Below are positions 12,016-21,141 of a stretch of 49,604 bases of DNA, piece by piece; position 1 is the first letter of the stretch; every line of letters starts with the position of its first letter. The position numbers and the translations under genes were made by a program. Source of the DNA: Acidobacteriota bacterium (GTDB lineage Bacteria; Acidobacteriota; Thermoanaerobaculia; UBA5066; Gp7-AA6); assembly GCA_031360505.1 (NCBI GenBank), contig JANMBR010000049.1, forward strand, positions 1 through 49,604. Reading direction: 5' to 3'. The notes beneath the pieces are model-generated. The model did not search any database. It saw nothing but the letters and a program-made list of their open reading frames with translations, and was not told the origin of the DNA.

Positions 12016-13539
12016 ATGGAAAAGACCACTAAACGCGCTCTTTCCTTTTCCGCCCTGATCGCGGCCGCCGTCGTCTTCGGCATGGTCGTCGCGAGCTCGA
12101 TCAACATCACCCCGCGCTCGGAGGCCCAGCGGGAAGCCCCGCCCGCGAAGGTCCGCGTCGGCTCCGCCGTGCTGCCGTCCTTTGCCGACATCGCCCAGGA
12201 GGCGATGCCGTCGGTCGTCTCGATCACGTCGACCGACATCGTCAAGGGCAGCCAGGGCCGCCGCCAGATCAATCCCTACAGCGGCGAGGGCGATCCATTC
12301 GAGTTCTTCTTCGGCCCCCCGGGCAACCAGCGCCGCGGCCAGCAGCCGGACGACGAGGAGCACAAGCAGGTCCAGGGCGGCACCGGATTCATCATCTCGG
12401 AAGACGGCTTCATCGTGACGAACAACCACGTCATCGACGGCGCCGACAAGATCGAGGTCCGGATCAACAACAAGGAAAAGTACACGGCCAGGCTCGTCGG
12501 ACGCGACACGGCCACCGACCTCGCCCTGCTCAAGGTCGAGGTCAAGCAGCGCCTGACGCCGCTTCCGCTGGGCGATTCCGAGAAGGCCAGGGTCGGAGAA
12601 TGGGTCATGGCGATCGGCGATCCGCTCGCCTTCGACAAGACGGTCACCGTCGGCGTGGTCTCCGCGAAGGAGCGTTCGGGCCTGACGGGCGACCCGGCGA
12701 CGCGTTCCTTCGAGAACTACATCCAGACCGACGCGGCCATCAACTTCGGCAACTCGGGCGGCCCGCTCATCAACGTCAACGGTGAGGTCATCGGCATCAA
12801 CACGGCCATGTTCCGGCCCGCGCAGAACATCGGCTTCGCCGTGCCCGTGAACACGCTCAAGCAGATCCTTCCGCAGCTGCGGGAGAAGGGCAAGGTGGTA
12901 CGGGGCTTTCTCGGGATCAACATCGTCAACGTCGACGCCGATCGCGCCTCGGCCTTTGGCTTGAAGACCGAGGACGGCGCATTCGTCGAGCAGGTCGAAC
13001 CGGGCAAGCCGGCCGACAAGGCGGGTGTGAAGCCGGGCGACACGATCGTCAAGGTGGACGGCGTTCCGGTCAAGGACACGCGGGATCTCATCGGCTACGT
13101 GTCCGGCAAGGCGCCGGGCAGCAAGGTGCAACTCGGGGTCATCCGCGAGGGCAAGGAAATCAACGTGACCGCGTCGCTCGCCGAGCGCAAGGATGAGGCG
13201 GGCGACAAGGCCGATCCCGAGAAGGCCGCGTCCGACGACTCCCACGAGCGGATCGGGATCCAGGTCACGGAGCTCACGTCCCAGATGCGGCAGATGCAGC
13301 GCCTCAAGGCCGATATCGACGGACTGGTGGTCATGCGCGTCAAGGAAGTGTCGGCGGCTGCCGATGCGGGCATCCAGGAGGGCGACATCATCACGCAGGT
13401 CAACGGCCAGAAGGTCGGAACGACCGAGGAGTTCGGCAAGCTCGTGGGTAAGGCGAAAAAGGGCGACTTCCTGAAGCTTTACGTCTACAACCCGCGCGCC
13501 AACGTCTCACGGTTCGCGCTGGTCAAGATCGGCGACTGA
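12016..13539 (+). CDS. degP: Do/DegQ family periplasmic serine endoprotease (HtrA) with 2 PDZ domains
   Basis: TNNHV, DLALLK, IQTDAAINFGNSGGPL catalytic triad; two PDZ domains; N-terminal signal/TM. Confidence 0.93.
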   Translation: MEKTTKRALSFSALIAAAVVFGMVVASSINITPRSEAQREAPPAKVRVGSAVLPSFADIAQEAMPSVVSITSTDIVKGSQGRRQINPYSGEGDPFEFFFGPPGNQRRGQQPDDEEHKQVQGGTGFIISEDGFIVTNNHVIDGADKIEVRINNKEKYTARLVGRDTATDLALLKVEVKQRLTPLPLGDSEKARVGEWVMAIGDPLAFDKTVTVGVVSAKERSGLTGDPATRSFENYIQTDAAINFGNSGGPLINVNGEVIGINTAMFRPAQNIGFAVPVNTLKQILPQLREKGKVVRGFLGINIVNVDADRASAFGLKTEDGAFVEQVEPGKPADKAGVKPGDTIVKVDGVPVKDTRDLIGYVSGKAPGSKVQLGVIREGKEINVTASLAERKDEAGDKADPEKAASDDSHERIGIQVTELTSQMRQMQRLKADIDGLVVMRVKEVSAAADAGIQEGDIITQVNGQKVGTTEEFGKLVGKAKKGDFLKLYVYNPRANVSRFALVKIGD

Positions 13540-13561
13540 GTCACCGGCTCCCGGTCCGGCT

Positions 13562-13594
13562 GCAAACGCCCGCCCCTGGCGGGCGTTTGCTTTT
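13562..13594 (+). terminator. Intrinsic terminator after degP
   Basis: GCAAACGCCCGCC-CCT-GGCGGGCGTTTGC-TTTT: perfect 13-bp stem plus U tract. Confidence 0.85.
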
Positions 13595-13639
13595 GAGGGC
13601 ATATTGCGGCGGGCAACTCAGTTCCGAAGGAAGAACACG

Positions 13640-15007
13640 ATGCCACAGCGAATCCTGGTCGTCGACGACGAAGCCGCCATCCGCGACACGCTGCGCATGG
13701 TCCTCGAGTACGAGGGTTACGAGGTGGCGACCGTCGGGGACGGCCGCGCGGCCCTCTCCGAGCTCGAGGGCGGCCCGGCCGCGGCCGTGCTGCTCGACAT
13801 CAAGATGCCCGGGATGGACGGCCTCGAGACCCTCGATCGGATCGTGTCGCGAGGGGGGGCTCCGCCAGTCCTCATGATCTCGGGCCACGGCGACATCGCC
13901 ACGGCCGTCGAGTGCACGCGGCGCGGCGCCACCGACTTCCTCGAGAAGCCGCTCCAGCGCGAGCGCGTGCTTGTCTCCGTGCGCAATGCCCTCTCCGGCA
14001 ACCGCCTGAAAGCCGAGAACGACGAACTGCGCCGGCGCGTGCAGCAGGAGACCGAGCTCGTGGGCGAGAGCGAGCCGATGCGCCGTCTCCGGGCCGAGAT
14101 CGCGCGCGCGGCACCGACGGCGGCCACCGTCCTCATCCTCGGCGAAAGCGGCACGGGCAAGGAACTGGTCGCGCGGGAGCTCCACCAGACTTCGAAAGTC
14201 GCGGGCGGTCCATTCGTCCAGGTCAACTGCGCGGCCATCCCGGAAGAGCTGATCGAGTCCGAGCTCTTCGGCCACGAAAAGGGCTCGTTCACCGGAGCCG
14301 TGCGCAAGCAGATCGGCAAGTTCGTGGAAGCCGACGGCGGAACGATCTTCCTGGACGAGGTCGGCGACATGTCGGCCCGCGCGCAGGCGAAGGTGTTGCG
14401 CGTCCTGGAGGTGGGGGAGGTCGAGCCGGTCGGCGCCGCGAAGGTCGGCAAGGTCAATGTCCGCGTCATCGCGGCGACGAATCGGGACCTGACCGAGTCC
14501 ATCCGCGCCGGGCGGTTTCGCGAGGATCTCTATTTTCGCCTGAACGTGGTTCCGCTCACGACGCCTCCGCTGCGCGAGCGGCCGGGCGACGTCGCCGTCC
14601 TCGCCGGGCATTTCGCGAAGGCGTTTGCCGAGCGCGACCACCGCAAGCCGCGCCGCTTCGCCGCGAGCGCCCTCGGCCTGCTCGCCGCGCGCGCCTGGCC
14701 GGGCAACGTGCGGGAGCTGCGCAACCTCGTCGAGCGCGTCCTGATCATGTCCGACGCCGATCCGATCGAGGCGAAGGACCTGCCGCCCGAGGTGCGCGTC
14801 CAGCCCGCCGAGATCTCGAACCGGGGCCTGGAGCTCGCGACCCTGTCGGACTTCAAGGAGTTCGCGGAGCGCGAGTTCCTCGTCGCGCGCCTGCGCGAAA
14901 ACGGCTGGAACATCAGCCGCACCGCCGAAGTCATCCAGACGCCGCGGTCGAACCTGTACAAGAAGATCGAGCACCACAAGATCTCGAGGGATGGAGACGG
15001 CAGCTAG
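13640..15007 (+). CDS. NtrC/NtrX-family response regulator (REC-AAA+-Fis HTH)
   Basis: ILVVDDE, LLDIKMPGMDG, GESGTGKE, ESELFGHEKGSFTGA, FLDEVG, WPGNVRELRN, C-terminal HTH. Confidence 0.95.
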   Translation: MPQRILVVDDEAAIRDTLRMVLEYEGYEVATVGDGRAALSELEGGPAAAVLLDIKMPGMDGLETLDRIVSRGGAPPVLMISGHGDIATAVECTRRGATDFLEKPLQRERVLVSVRNALSGNRLKAENDELRRRVQQETELVGESEPMRRLRAEIARAAPTAATVLILGESGTGKELVARELHQTSKVAGGPFVQVNCAAIPEELIESELFGHEKGSFTGAVRKQIGKFVEADGGTIFLDEVGDMSARAQAKVLRVLEVGEVEPVGAAKVGKVNVRVIAATNRDLTESIRAGRFREDLYFRLNVVPLTTPPLRERPGDVAVLAGHFAKAFAERDHRKPRRFAASALGLLAARAWPGNVRELRNLVERVLIMSDADPIEAKDLPPEVRVQPAEISNRGLELATLSDFKEFAEREFLVARLRENGWNISRTAEVIQTPRSNLYKKIEHHKISRDGDGS

Positions 15008-15049
15008 GAGGGATCATGAGTCGCGGACTCATGACTTAGACTCTCCGCC

Positions 15050-15619
15050 ATGATTTCCCTCGACGACTTCAAGAACACCGGCGCCCTGCTCGAGGGCCAC
15101 TTCCGCCTCTCGAGCGGCCTCCACTCAGACCGTTACCTCCAGTGCGCGCGGCTGCTCATGTGGCCCGAGCGCGCCGAACAGGCCGGACGGGAGCTCGCGG
15201 GGAAGCTGCGCGAGTTCGGCGCGAAGGCAGTGATCTCGCCGGCCCTGGGCGGCGTCGTGATCGGGCACGAGACGGCGCGCGGCCTGGGGCTGCCCGCGAT
15301 GTTCGTCGAGCGCAAGGACGGTGCCTTCGCGCTGCGCCGGGGATTCTCGCTCGAGCCGGGCACACCCGTCGTGGTCGTGGAGGACGTCTTCACGACCGGC
15401 AAGTCCACGCGCGAAGCCGCGGCGGCCGTCGAGGAGGCCGGGGGAAAGGTCGTCGCGGTCGGATCGATCGTGGACCGCGGCGTTCCCAAAGACGCGTTCC
15501 CGATGCCATCCCGCTCGGTGCTCGCGCTGTCGGTGCCCTCCTGGCCCGAGGAGGAGTGTCCGCTCTGCCGCAAGGGCGTGCCCGTGGATTCGCCCGGGAG
15601 TCGGTTCGTCGCCCGCTGA
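15050..15619 (+). CDS. pyrE: Orotate phosphoribosyltransferase
   Basis: GHFRLSSGLHSDRYLQCA and the PRPP loop VVVVEDVFTTGKS. Confidence 0.95.
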   Translation: MISLDDFKNTGALLEGHFRLSSGLHSDRYLQCARLLMWPERAEQAGRELAGKLREFGAKAVISPALGGVVIGHETARGLGLPAMFVERKDGAFALRRGFSLEPGTPVVVVEDVFTTGKSTREAAAAVEEAGGKVVAVGSIVDRGVPKDAFPMPSRSVLALSVPSWPEEECPLCRKGVPVDSPGSRFVAR

Positions 15620-15623
15620 GCTC

Positions 15624-16346
15624 TCAGGCAGCGAGCGTGCGAGCCAGCTCCCGCAGCAAGGCGCCCCCGTCTCCCCTCCATGCGCTGCCGTGCATGCAGG
15701 CGAGGGTGGTCGGCTCGGTGGCGGCGAGGGCCTCGAGGATCGGGCCGGCGTGCTTCGAGTGCGAGTAGTAGTCCAGCGCTTTCCGGAAGGCCTCGCTCGG
15801 TCCGAGGATATCCGATTCGGTCACCGGCGCCGCTCCCGCGCCCCCCTGGGTGAAGAGGTCGCCGCAGAGAAGCGTGCGCGTCGTCTCCTCGAAGAGGAGT
15901 CCGGTTTCCCAGCCGTGAGGCACGTGCGGCGCGTCGAACCAGCGCACCGAGTGTTTCCCGAGGCGGATCGTTTCCCCGTGGGCGAGCGGCCGGGGTGCGC
16001 GGTCTGCGAAGTCTTCGACGGACACCATGGCGGCGACGCGGCTGCAGACGGGAACCGCGCGCGGGGCCGCGGCGAGCAGGGAGTTGAGCGCGCCACACTC
16101 GTCGGACTCGAAGTGCGAGAAGGCTAGGTAGCGCAGCTGCTCGACCGGAATGACGCGCGCGATCGCTTCGCGCACCAGCGGGAACATTTGCTTCAAGCCG
16201 GTGTGAAACAGCAACGGCTCGTCGTCCACGACGAGGTACTGGTTGAACGAGAACCCTCCGGGGACGGCGGAGAGGGGAGTGTTGATTCGGTAGATCCCGT
16301 CCGCGATCTCGTTCACGTTGGTGCCCGATTCGGTGTTGGTGATCAT
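15624..16346 (-). CDS. Stand-alone MBL-fold di-iron protein (FprA N-terminal domain-like)
   Basis: FNQYLV, SHFESDECG (HxExD), APHVPHGWE, LLCGDLF, ACMHG. No flavodoxin domain. Confidence 0.85.
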   Translation of the reverse strand: MITNTESGTNVNEIADGIYRINTPLSAVPGGFSFNQYLVVDDEPLLFHTGLKQMFPLVREAIARVIPVEQLRYLAFSHFESDECGALNSLLAAAPRAVPVCSRVAAMVSVEDFADRAPRPLAHGETIRLGKHSVRWFDAPHVPHGWETGLLFEETTRTLLCGDLFTQGGAGAAPVTESDILGPSEAFRKALDYYSHSKHAGPILEALAATEPTTLACMHGSAWRGDGGALLRELARTLAA

Positions 16347-16391
16347 GCGGCCTCCTGACCTCGAGCGGCGAGGGACTGTAAGATGAGGAGG

Positions 16392-16970
16392 ATGGACCTA
16401 AAGAGCATCTGCGTCTACTGCGGGTCGAGCCCCAACACGGACGCCGGCGTCGAAACCGAGATCCGGGCCTTCGGGCGCGAGATCGCCAAACGCGGGATCC
16501 GGCTCATCTACGGGGGCGCGTCGCGCGGCCTCATGGGCGCGATCGCGGACGAAGTCATCCAGGCCGGCGGCAAGGTCACCGGCATCATCCCGAAGGCCCT
16601 CGAGGGCCGCGAGTCCGCGCACCAGGGGCTCTCGGAGCTCCGGGTCGTCGGGTCGATGCACGAGCGCGAGCAGCTCATGTTCGACCTCTCGGACGCCTTC
16701 GTGGCGTTCCCGGGCGGCTTCGGGACGATGGAGGAGATCATCGAGATGATCACCTGGAAGCAGATGGGGATCCATGGCAAGCCGATCGTGATCGCCAACA
16801 TCGGCGGCTACTTCAACCCCCTGCTCCAGCAGTTCGAGCTCGCCGTCCAGCGCAAGTACGCCCGCAACGAAGATCGGATCCTCTTCGCCGTGGCCGATAC
16901 GACGAAGGCGATTCTGACGATGCTCGAAGGGGCGCCGGTGTTGTCGCGGAAAGCCGGGGATTGGGCCTAG
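16392..16970 (+). CDS. LOG family nucleotide monophosphate phosphoribohydrolase (TIGR00730-like)
   Basis: ICVYCGSS, LIYGG...GLMG, PGGFGTMEE. The start could be 16383 or 16392. Confidence 0.92.
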   Translation: MDLKSICVYCGSSPNTDAGVETEIRAFGREIAKRGIRLIYGGASRGLMGAIADEVIQAGGKVTGIIPKALEGRESAHQGLSELRVVGSMHEREQLMFDLSDAFVAFPGGFGTMEEIIEMITWKQMGIHGKPIVIANIGGYFNPLLQQFELAVQRKYARNEDRILFAVADTTKAILTMLEGAPVLSRKAGDWA

Positions 16971-17893
16971 GAAGCGGACCTCGCCACGACGACTCGGAAA
17001 TAGGAGTCCGCCCACCCCTTCTCGAGCAGGTGATCCTCGAGCGCGATCAGGCGCGAAAGCACACCCGTCTCGTCCTCGCGCAAGCGCGCCATGTCCATGC
17101 ACGGAAACACGAACCAGAGGATGTTGCCTCCGTAGGGGCGGTCGTCGATGACGTCGAAGAGGCGGCGCACCCCGGGCAGGATCGACGAGGATCGGATGGA
17201 CTCGGACGGGTCGTCCATGGGCAGCGGGATCGCGAGATCCGGCCGGTTCTTCAGGTCCTCGGGAAGCGCGTCGAAAGCGCTGCGGGCAAAACCCCAGTGC
17301 GCGTCGGTCCACTCCGCGCGCGCCGGCCCCATGTATTCGTCGAGGAACAGCAGGCCTCCCGGCTTGAGCGAGCGCCGGACCTCTTCGAGCACGTGCTCGA
17401 CGTTGCGGACGTGATGGAGCGACCCGTGGAAGAGCACGATGTCGTAGCGCTGGCGGGGCAGGCGGATGGCGTTGATGTCCTCGACCCGGTAGTCGAGGCG
17501 GCGCGCGAGGCCGGCCTCCTCGGCGCCGCGGCGCGCCTCGGCGATCGCCTCGGGCGAAAAGTCCACGCCCTCGATCCGTTCGCAGATGCCCTTGGCAAAC
17601 ACGTCGCGCTCGAGCAGACCCGTCCCGCAACCGACGGAGAGCCCGAGTGGAAGTGGGGTCGCAACGTAGCGGCTGGCGAACCACTCCATGGGCCAGACAT
17701 TCGGGTCGCCGGACACGCGGCGGTTGATCGCGCGGCGCACGAGGGGCTGCGAGCCCCAGTAGCGGTCCTCGGGCTCTCCGGGGGCCCCGGCGTCCCAGAA
17801 CTCCCGGGCCGCGGCGGCCTCGGCCCGGGCCGCGCGCAGCGCGCCCCATCGCCGGGCGAGCGAACCGATCGAGGCGCGGATGACGGAAGCCAT
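16967..17893 (-). CDS. Class I SAM-dependent methyltransferase
   Basis: LSVGCGTG motif I, EGVDFS, YDIVLFHGSLHHV, LKPGGLLFLDEY. Confidence 0.88.
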   Translation of the reverse strand: MASVIRASIGSLARRWGALRAARAEAAAAREFWDAGAPGEPEDRYWGSQPLVRRAINRRVSGDPNVWPMEWFASRYVATPLPLGLSVGCGTGLLERDVFAKGICERIEGVDFSPEAIAEARRGAEEAGLARRLDYRVEDINAIRLPRQRYDIVLFHGSLHHVRNVEHVLEEVRRSLKPGGLLFLDEYMGPARAEWTDAHWGFARSAFDALPEDLKNRPDLAIPLPMDDPSESIRSSSILPGVRRLFDVIDDRPYGGNILWFVFPCMDMARLREDETGVLSRLIALEDHLLEKGWADSYFRVVVARSAS

Positions 17894-17968
17894 TCGAGGG
17901 TGATTTGAATATAGCAGGACGAAGTTGCAGAGGGTCGGGAACTTGCCCTGACCCCCTCCTGGTCAGGT

Positions 17969-17998
17969 TTGCCCCGCCCCCATCCCCTCTGGTACATT
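17969..17998 (+). promoter_or_regulatory. Sigma70-type promoter for the tRNA-Val/thrS transcript
   Basis: TTGCCC-18 nt-TACATT with an extended -10 (TGg). Confidence 0.55.
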
Positions 17999-18122
17999 GC
18001 GCGATTCCGGCGGCACGGTCCGACCCGGAATTGATCTTTTCCAATCAGGGACGAAGGCCGGGATGCAAATGCCCTCGCGGGCTTCCGGCCGGTAGCCCCC
18101 CGGGAAACCGGGATCGAAGAAC

Positions 18123-18197
<75 letters not shown>

Positions 18198-18210
18198 ATT
18201 CTTCGAATCC

Positions 18211-18286
18211 AGGCGCTTAGCTCAGCTGGGAGAGCGCTTCCTTCACACGGAAGAGGTCAACGGTTCGATCCCGTTAGCGCCTACCA
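18211..18286 (+). tRNA. tRNA-Val(CAC)
   Basis: AGGCGCT/AGCGCCT acceptor stem, CTTCC-TTCACAC-GGAAG anticodon arm, TTCGATC T-loop, encoded CCA. Confidence 0.97.
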
Positions 18287-18301
18287 TAGACGTCCATTCA
18301 C

Positions 18302-18325
18302 AACGCGGGGAAGCCCGCGTTTTTT
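18302..18325 (+). terminator. Terminator-like hairpin between the tRNAs and thrS
   Basis: AACGCGGG-GAAG-CCCGCGTT-TTTT. Confidence 0.7.
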
Positions 18326-18347
18326 CATTTTTGGAAAGCAGGAGACA

Positions 18348-20300
18348 ATGGAAGCCCTGGCGCAGACGATCACGATCACGCTCCCGGACGGGTCGACGCG
18401 GAAGGTCCCCGCGGGGACCAGCCTGCGCGAGATCGCCGAGAGCATCGGCCCGCGCCTGGCCAAGGACGCCCTCGCCGGAAAGATCGACGGCAAGGTGGTC
18501 GATCTTTCCGCGCGCCTCGTGCGCGACGCGAAGATCGAGATCGTGACGCCCAGATCCCCGGACGCCCTCGAGCTCTACCGCCACTCGACCGCCCACCTGA
18601 CGGCCAACGCGGTCAAGCGCCTCTTTCCGACGGTGCAGATCGGCATCGGGCCGGCGATCGAAAACGGCTACTACTACGACTTCAACCCGGAGCGGCCCTT
18701 CACGCCGGAGGACCTCACTGCGATCGAAGCCGAGATGAGGAAGATCGTCGCCGAGGACAATCCGGTCGAGCGCCTCGAGATGTCCAAGGACGAGGCCATC
18801 AAGATCTTCGAGGGCCAGAACGATTTGCTCAAGGTCGAGATCATCCGCGGGATCGCGGACGACCACGTCTCCTGCTACCGCCAGAAGGACTTCATCGACC
18901 TCTGCCGCGGGCCGCACGTGCCCTCGACCGGCAAGCTCGGCGTCTTCAAGCTGACGCACACGGCCGGCGCCTACTGGAAGGGCGACGAGAAGAATCCGAT
19001 GCTCCAGCGGATCTACGCCGCCTGCTTCGTGTCGCAGAAGGAGCTCGACGAGCACCTGAAGCGGCTCGAGGAGGCGAGGGCCCGCGACCACCGCAAGCTC
19101 GGCAAGGAGCTGGATCTCTTCTCGTTCCACCCGCTCGCGCCGGCCTCGCCCTTCTTCCACCCGAAGGGCGCGATCCTCTACAACAGCCTCGTCTCCTACC
19201 TGCGCGACGAGTACCGCCGGCGCGGTTACGACGAGGTCGTGACGCCGCAGATCTTCGACGCCGAACTCTTCAAGATCTCCGGCCACTACGCCAACTACAA
19301 AGAGAACATGTACTTCACGGAGGTCGAGGAGAGGGAGTTCGGCGTCAAGCCCATGAACTGCCCCGGCCACTTCCTCCTCTACCAGATGCGGCTCTGGTCC
19401 TACCGGGACCTGCCGGTGCGCTTCGCCGATTTCGGCCGGCTGCACCGCTACGAGCTGTCCGGCGTGACGGCGGGCCTGACGCGCGTGCGCACCTTTTCGC
19501 AGGACGACGCGCACATCTTCACGCCGCTCGAAAAGGTCGAATCCGAGATCTTTGCGTTCCTCGAGTTCGTGGACGCGGTCTACGGGGCCTTCGGGTTCGA
19601 TAACGTCGAGATCTCGCTCGGGCTGCGCCCCGAGAAGCGCATCGGCGCCGACGCGCTCTGGGATCGGGGGGAATCCGCCCTCGCCGCCGCGCTCGCGAAG
19701 GCGGGGCGCCCGCACGTCGTGACACCCGGCGATGGCGCGTTCTATGGTCCGAAGATCGACTTCCGCGTGCGCGACGCCATCGGCCGTCCCTGGCAGCTCG
19801 GTACCATCCAGTGCGATTTTTCGCAGCCCGAGAACTTCGACCTGACCTACATCGGCGAGGACGGAGGAAAGCACCGGCCGGTCGTGCTCCACCGCGCGAT
19901 CCTTGGCTCGCTCGAGCGCTTCCTCGGAATCCTCATCGAGCACACGGGCGGAAACTTCCCGTTCTGGATCTCGCCCGTGCAGGCGGTGGTCCTCCCGGTG
20001 TCGGACCGTTTCGCCGAGAAGGGCCGGGAAGTCGCGGCGAAGCTGTCCGCGGCCGGCCTGCGGGTCGAGTGCGACGACCGCAACGAGAAGCTCGGGGCGA
20101 AGATCCGCCGCGCGGAGATGATGAAGTCGCCGTGCATGCTGGTCGTGGGCGAGAAGGAGGCCGAGGCGGGCACCGTCGCGGTTCGCCTGCGCCACGGCGG
20201 CGATGCCGGTACGATGTCCCTCGACGCATTCCTCGCGGCCGCCGGCCGCGCGGTCGCTGCCAGAGTCTTGGAACTGACGACGGAGGTGAAAGATCGATAA
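18348..20300 (+). CDS. thrS: Threonine--tRNA ligase
   Basis: TGS domain (ITLPDGS), HSTAH editing motif, DLCRGPHV, KPMNCPGH, GAFYGPKID, HRAILGSLERF. AGGAG RBS before the ATG at 18348. Confidence 0.99.
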   Translation: MEALAQTITITLPDGSTRKVPAGTSLREIAESIGPRLAKDALAGKIDGKVVDLSARLVRDAKIEIVTPRSPDALELYRHSTAHLTANAVKRLFPTVQIGIGPAIENGYYYDFNPERPFTPEDLTAIEAEMRKIVAEDNPVERLEMSKDEAIKIFEGQNDLLKVEIIRGIADDHVSCYRQKDFIDLCRGPHVPSTGKLGVFKLTHTAGAYWKGDEKNPMLQRIYAACFVSQKELDEHLKRLEEARARDHRKLGKELDLFSFHPLAPASPFFHPKGAILYNSLVSYLRDEYRRRGYDEVVTPQIFDAELFKISGHYANYKENMYFTEVEEREFGVKPMNCPGHFLLYQMRLWSYRDLPVRFADFGRLHRYELSGVTAGLTRVRTFSQDDAHIFTPLEKVESEIFAFLEFVDAVYGAFGFDNVEISLGLRPEKRIGADALWDRGESALAAALAKAGRPHVVTPGDGAFYGPKIDFRVRDAIGRPWQLGTIQCDFSQPENFDLTYIGEDGGKHRPVVLHRAILGSLERFLGILIEHTGGNFPFWISPVQAVVLPVSDRFAEKGREVAAKLSAAGLRVECDDRNEKLGAKIRRAEMMKSPCMLVVGEKEAEAGTVAVRLRHGGDAGTMSLDAFLAAAGRAVAARVLELTTEVKDR

Positions 20301-20835
20301 GAAGAGCATTCGTGTCAACGAACAGATCCGGTGGAAGGAAGTGCGCTTGATCGGCGCCGAAGGCGAGGCGGTCGGCGTGGTGACGATGGCCGAGGCCCTC
20401 GTGAAAGCCCGGGAAGCGGGGCTCGACCTCGTGGAGATCGCGCCGACGGCGCAGCCGCCCGTCTGCCGGATCATGAACTTCGGAAAGTTCATCTACCAGC
20501 AGAAGAAGAAGCAGCAAGACTCGAAGAAGAAGCAGAAGACGACGCAGGTCAAGGAAGTCAAATTCCGGCCCAACATCGACGACCATGACTACGAGTTCAA
20601 GATGAAGAACATCGAGAAATTTCTGTCGCACGGCGACAAGGTCAAGGCGACCGTGCAGTTCCGGGGCCGCGAGATGGCGCGCCGCGAGAACGGCCAGAAG
20701 GTCCTCGACCGCCTGCTCGTCGACCTGACCGGCAAGGCGATCGCCGAGTCGCGGTCGGAGATGCTCGGGAACCGGCTCTACCAGATCCTGTCGCCGGTCA
20801 AGCACGAGAAGGCCACCACCAAGGCGACGGGTTAA
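20293..20835 (+). CDS. infC: Translation initiation factor IF-3 (non-canonical ATC start)
   Basis: The frame extends upstream of 20341 as IDKKSIRVNEQIRWKEVRLIG. There is an in-frame TGA at 20287 and GGAGGTGA 3 nt before the ATC. Motifs LDLVEIAP and VKEVKFRPNIDDHD. Confidence 0.93.
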   Translation: MDKKSIRVNEQIRWKEVRLIGAEGEAVGVVTMAEALVKAREAGLDLVEIAPTAQPPVCRIMNFGKFIYQQKKKQQDSKKKQKTTQVKEVKFRPNIDDHDYEFKMKNIEKFLSHGDKVKATVQFRGREMARRENGQKVLDRLLVDLTGKAIAESRSEMLGNRLYQILSPVKHEKATTKATG

Positions 20836-20859
20836 CGATTCACGAATGGAGTTGAGACG

Positions 20860-21057
20860 ATGCCGAAGCTGAAGACCCACAGAGGCGCCGCGAAGCGGTT
20901 CAAGAAGACCGCGTCCGGCAAGTTCAAGAGGGCGTCGGCCATGAAGAGCCACATCCTCACGAAAAAGGCGCCCGGAAGAAAGCGCGGCCTCGCGCAGGGC
21001 ACGACCGTATCGAAGAGCGACACCAAGCGCGTCCGCGAGATGCTGCCGTATGCGTGA
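20860..21057 (+). CDS. rpmI: 50S ribosomal protein L35
   Basis: [21 protein letters not shown]...SHILTKK. Confidence 0.98.
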   Translation: MPKLKTHRGAAKRFKKTASGKFKRASAMKSHILTKKAPGRKRGLAQGTTVSKSDTKRVREMLPYA

Positions 21058-21127
21058 ACCGTGAATCGTCAGCCGTGAACCGAAAGGTTCCGGTCGATTC
21101 GCGATTTGCGGTTCACGACCCACGACC
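21053..21127. repeat. Heptamer-period inverted repeat between rpmI and rplT
   Basis: Left arm CGTGAAC-CGTGAAT-CGTCAGC-CGTGAAC; right arm CGATTCG-CGATTTG-CGGTTCA-CGACCCA-CGACCGA (reverse-complement units). Confidence 0.75.
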
Positions 21128-21141
21128 GATAGGAGAGAACG

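Noticed and set aside
18045-18120. c-di-GMP-I riboswitch or T-box upstream of tRNA/thrS
   Set aside because: GCAAA and a GAAA tetraloop are present but not in the P1-P2-P3 order, and there is no T-box UGGNACC bulge sequence.
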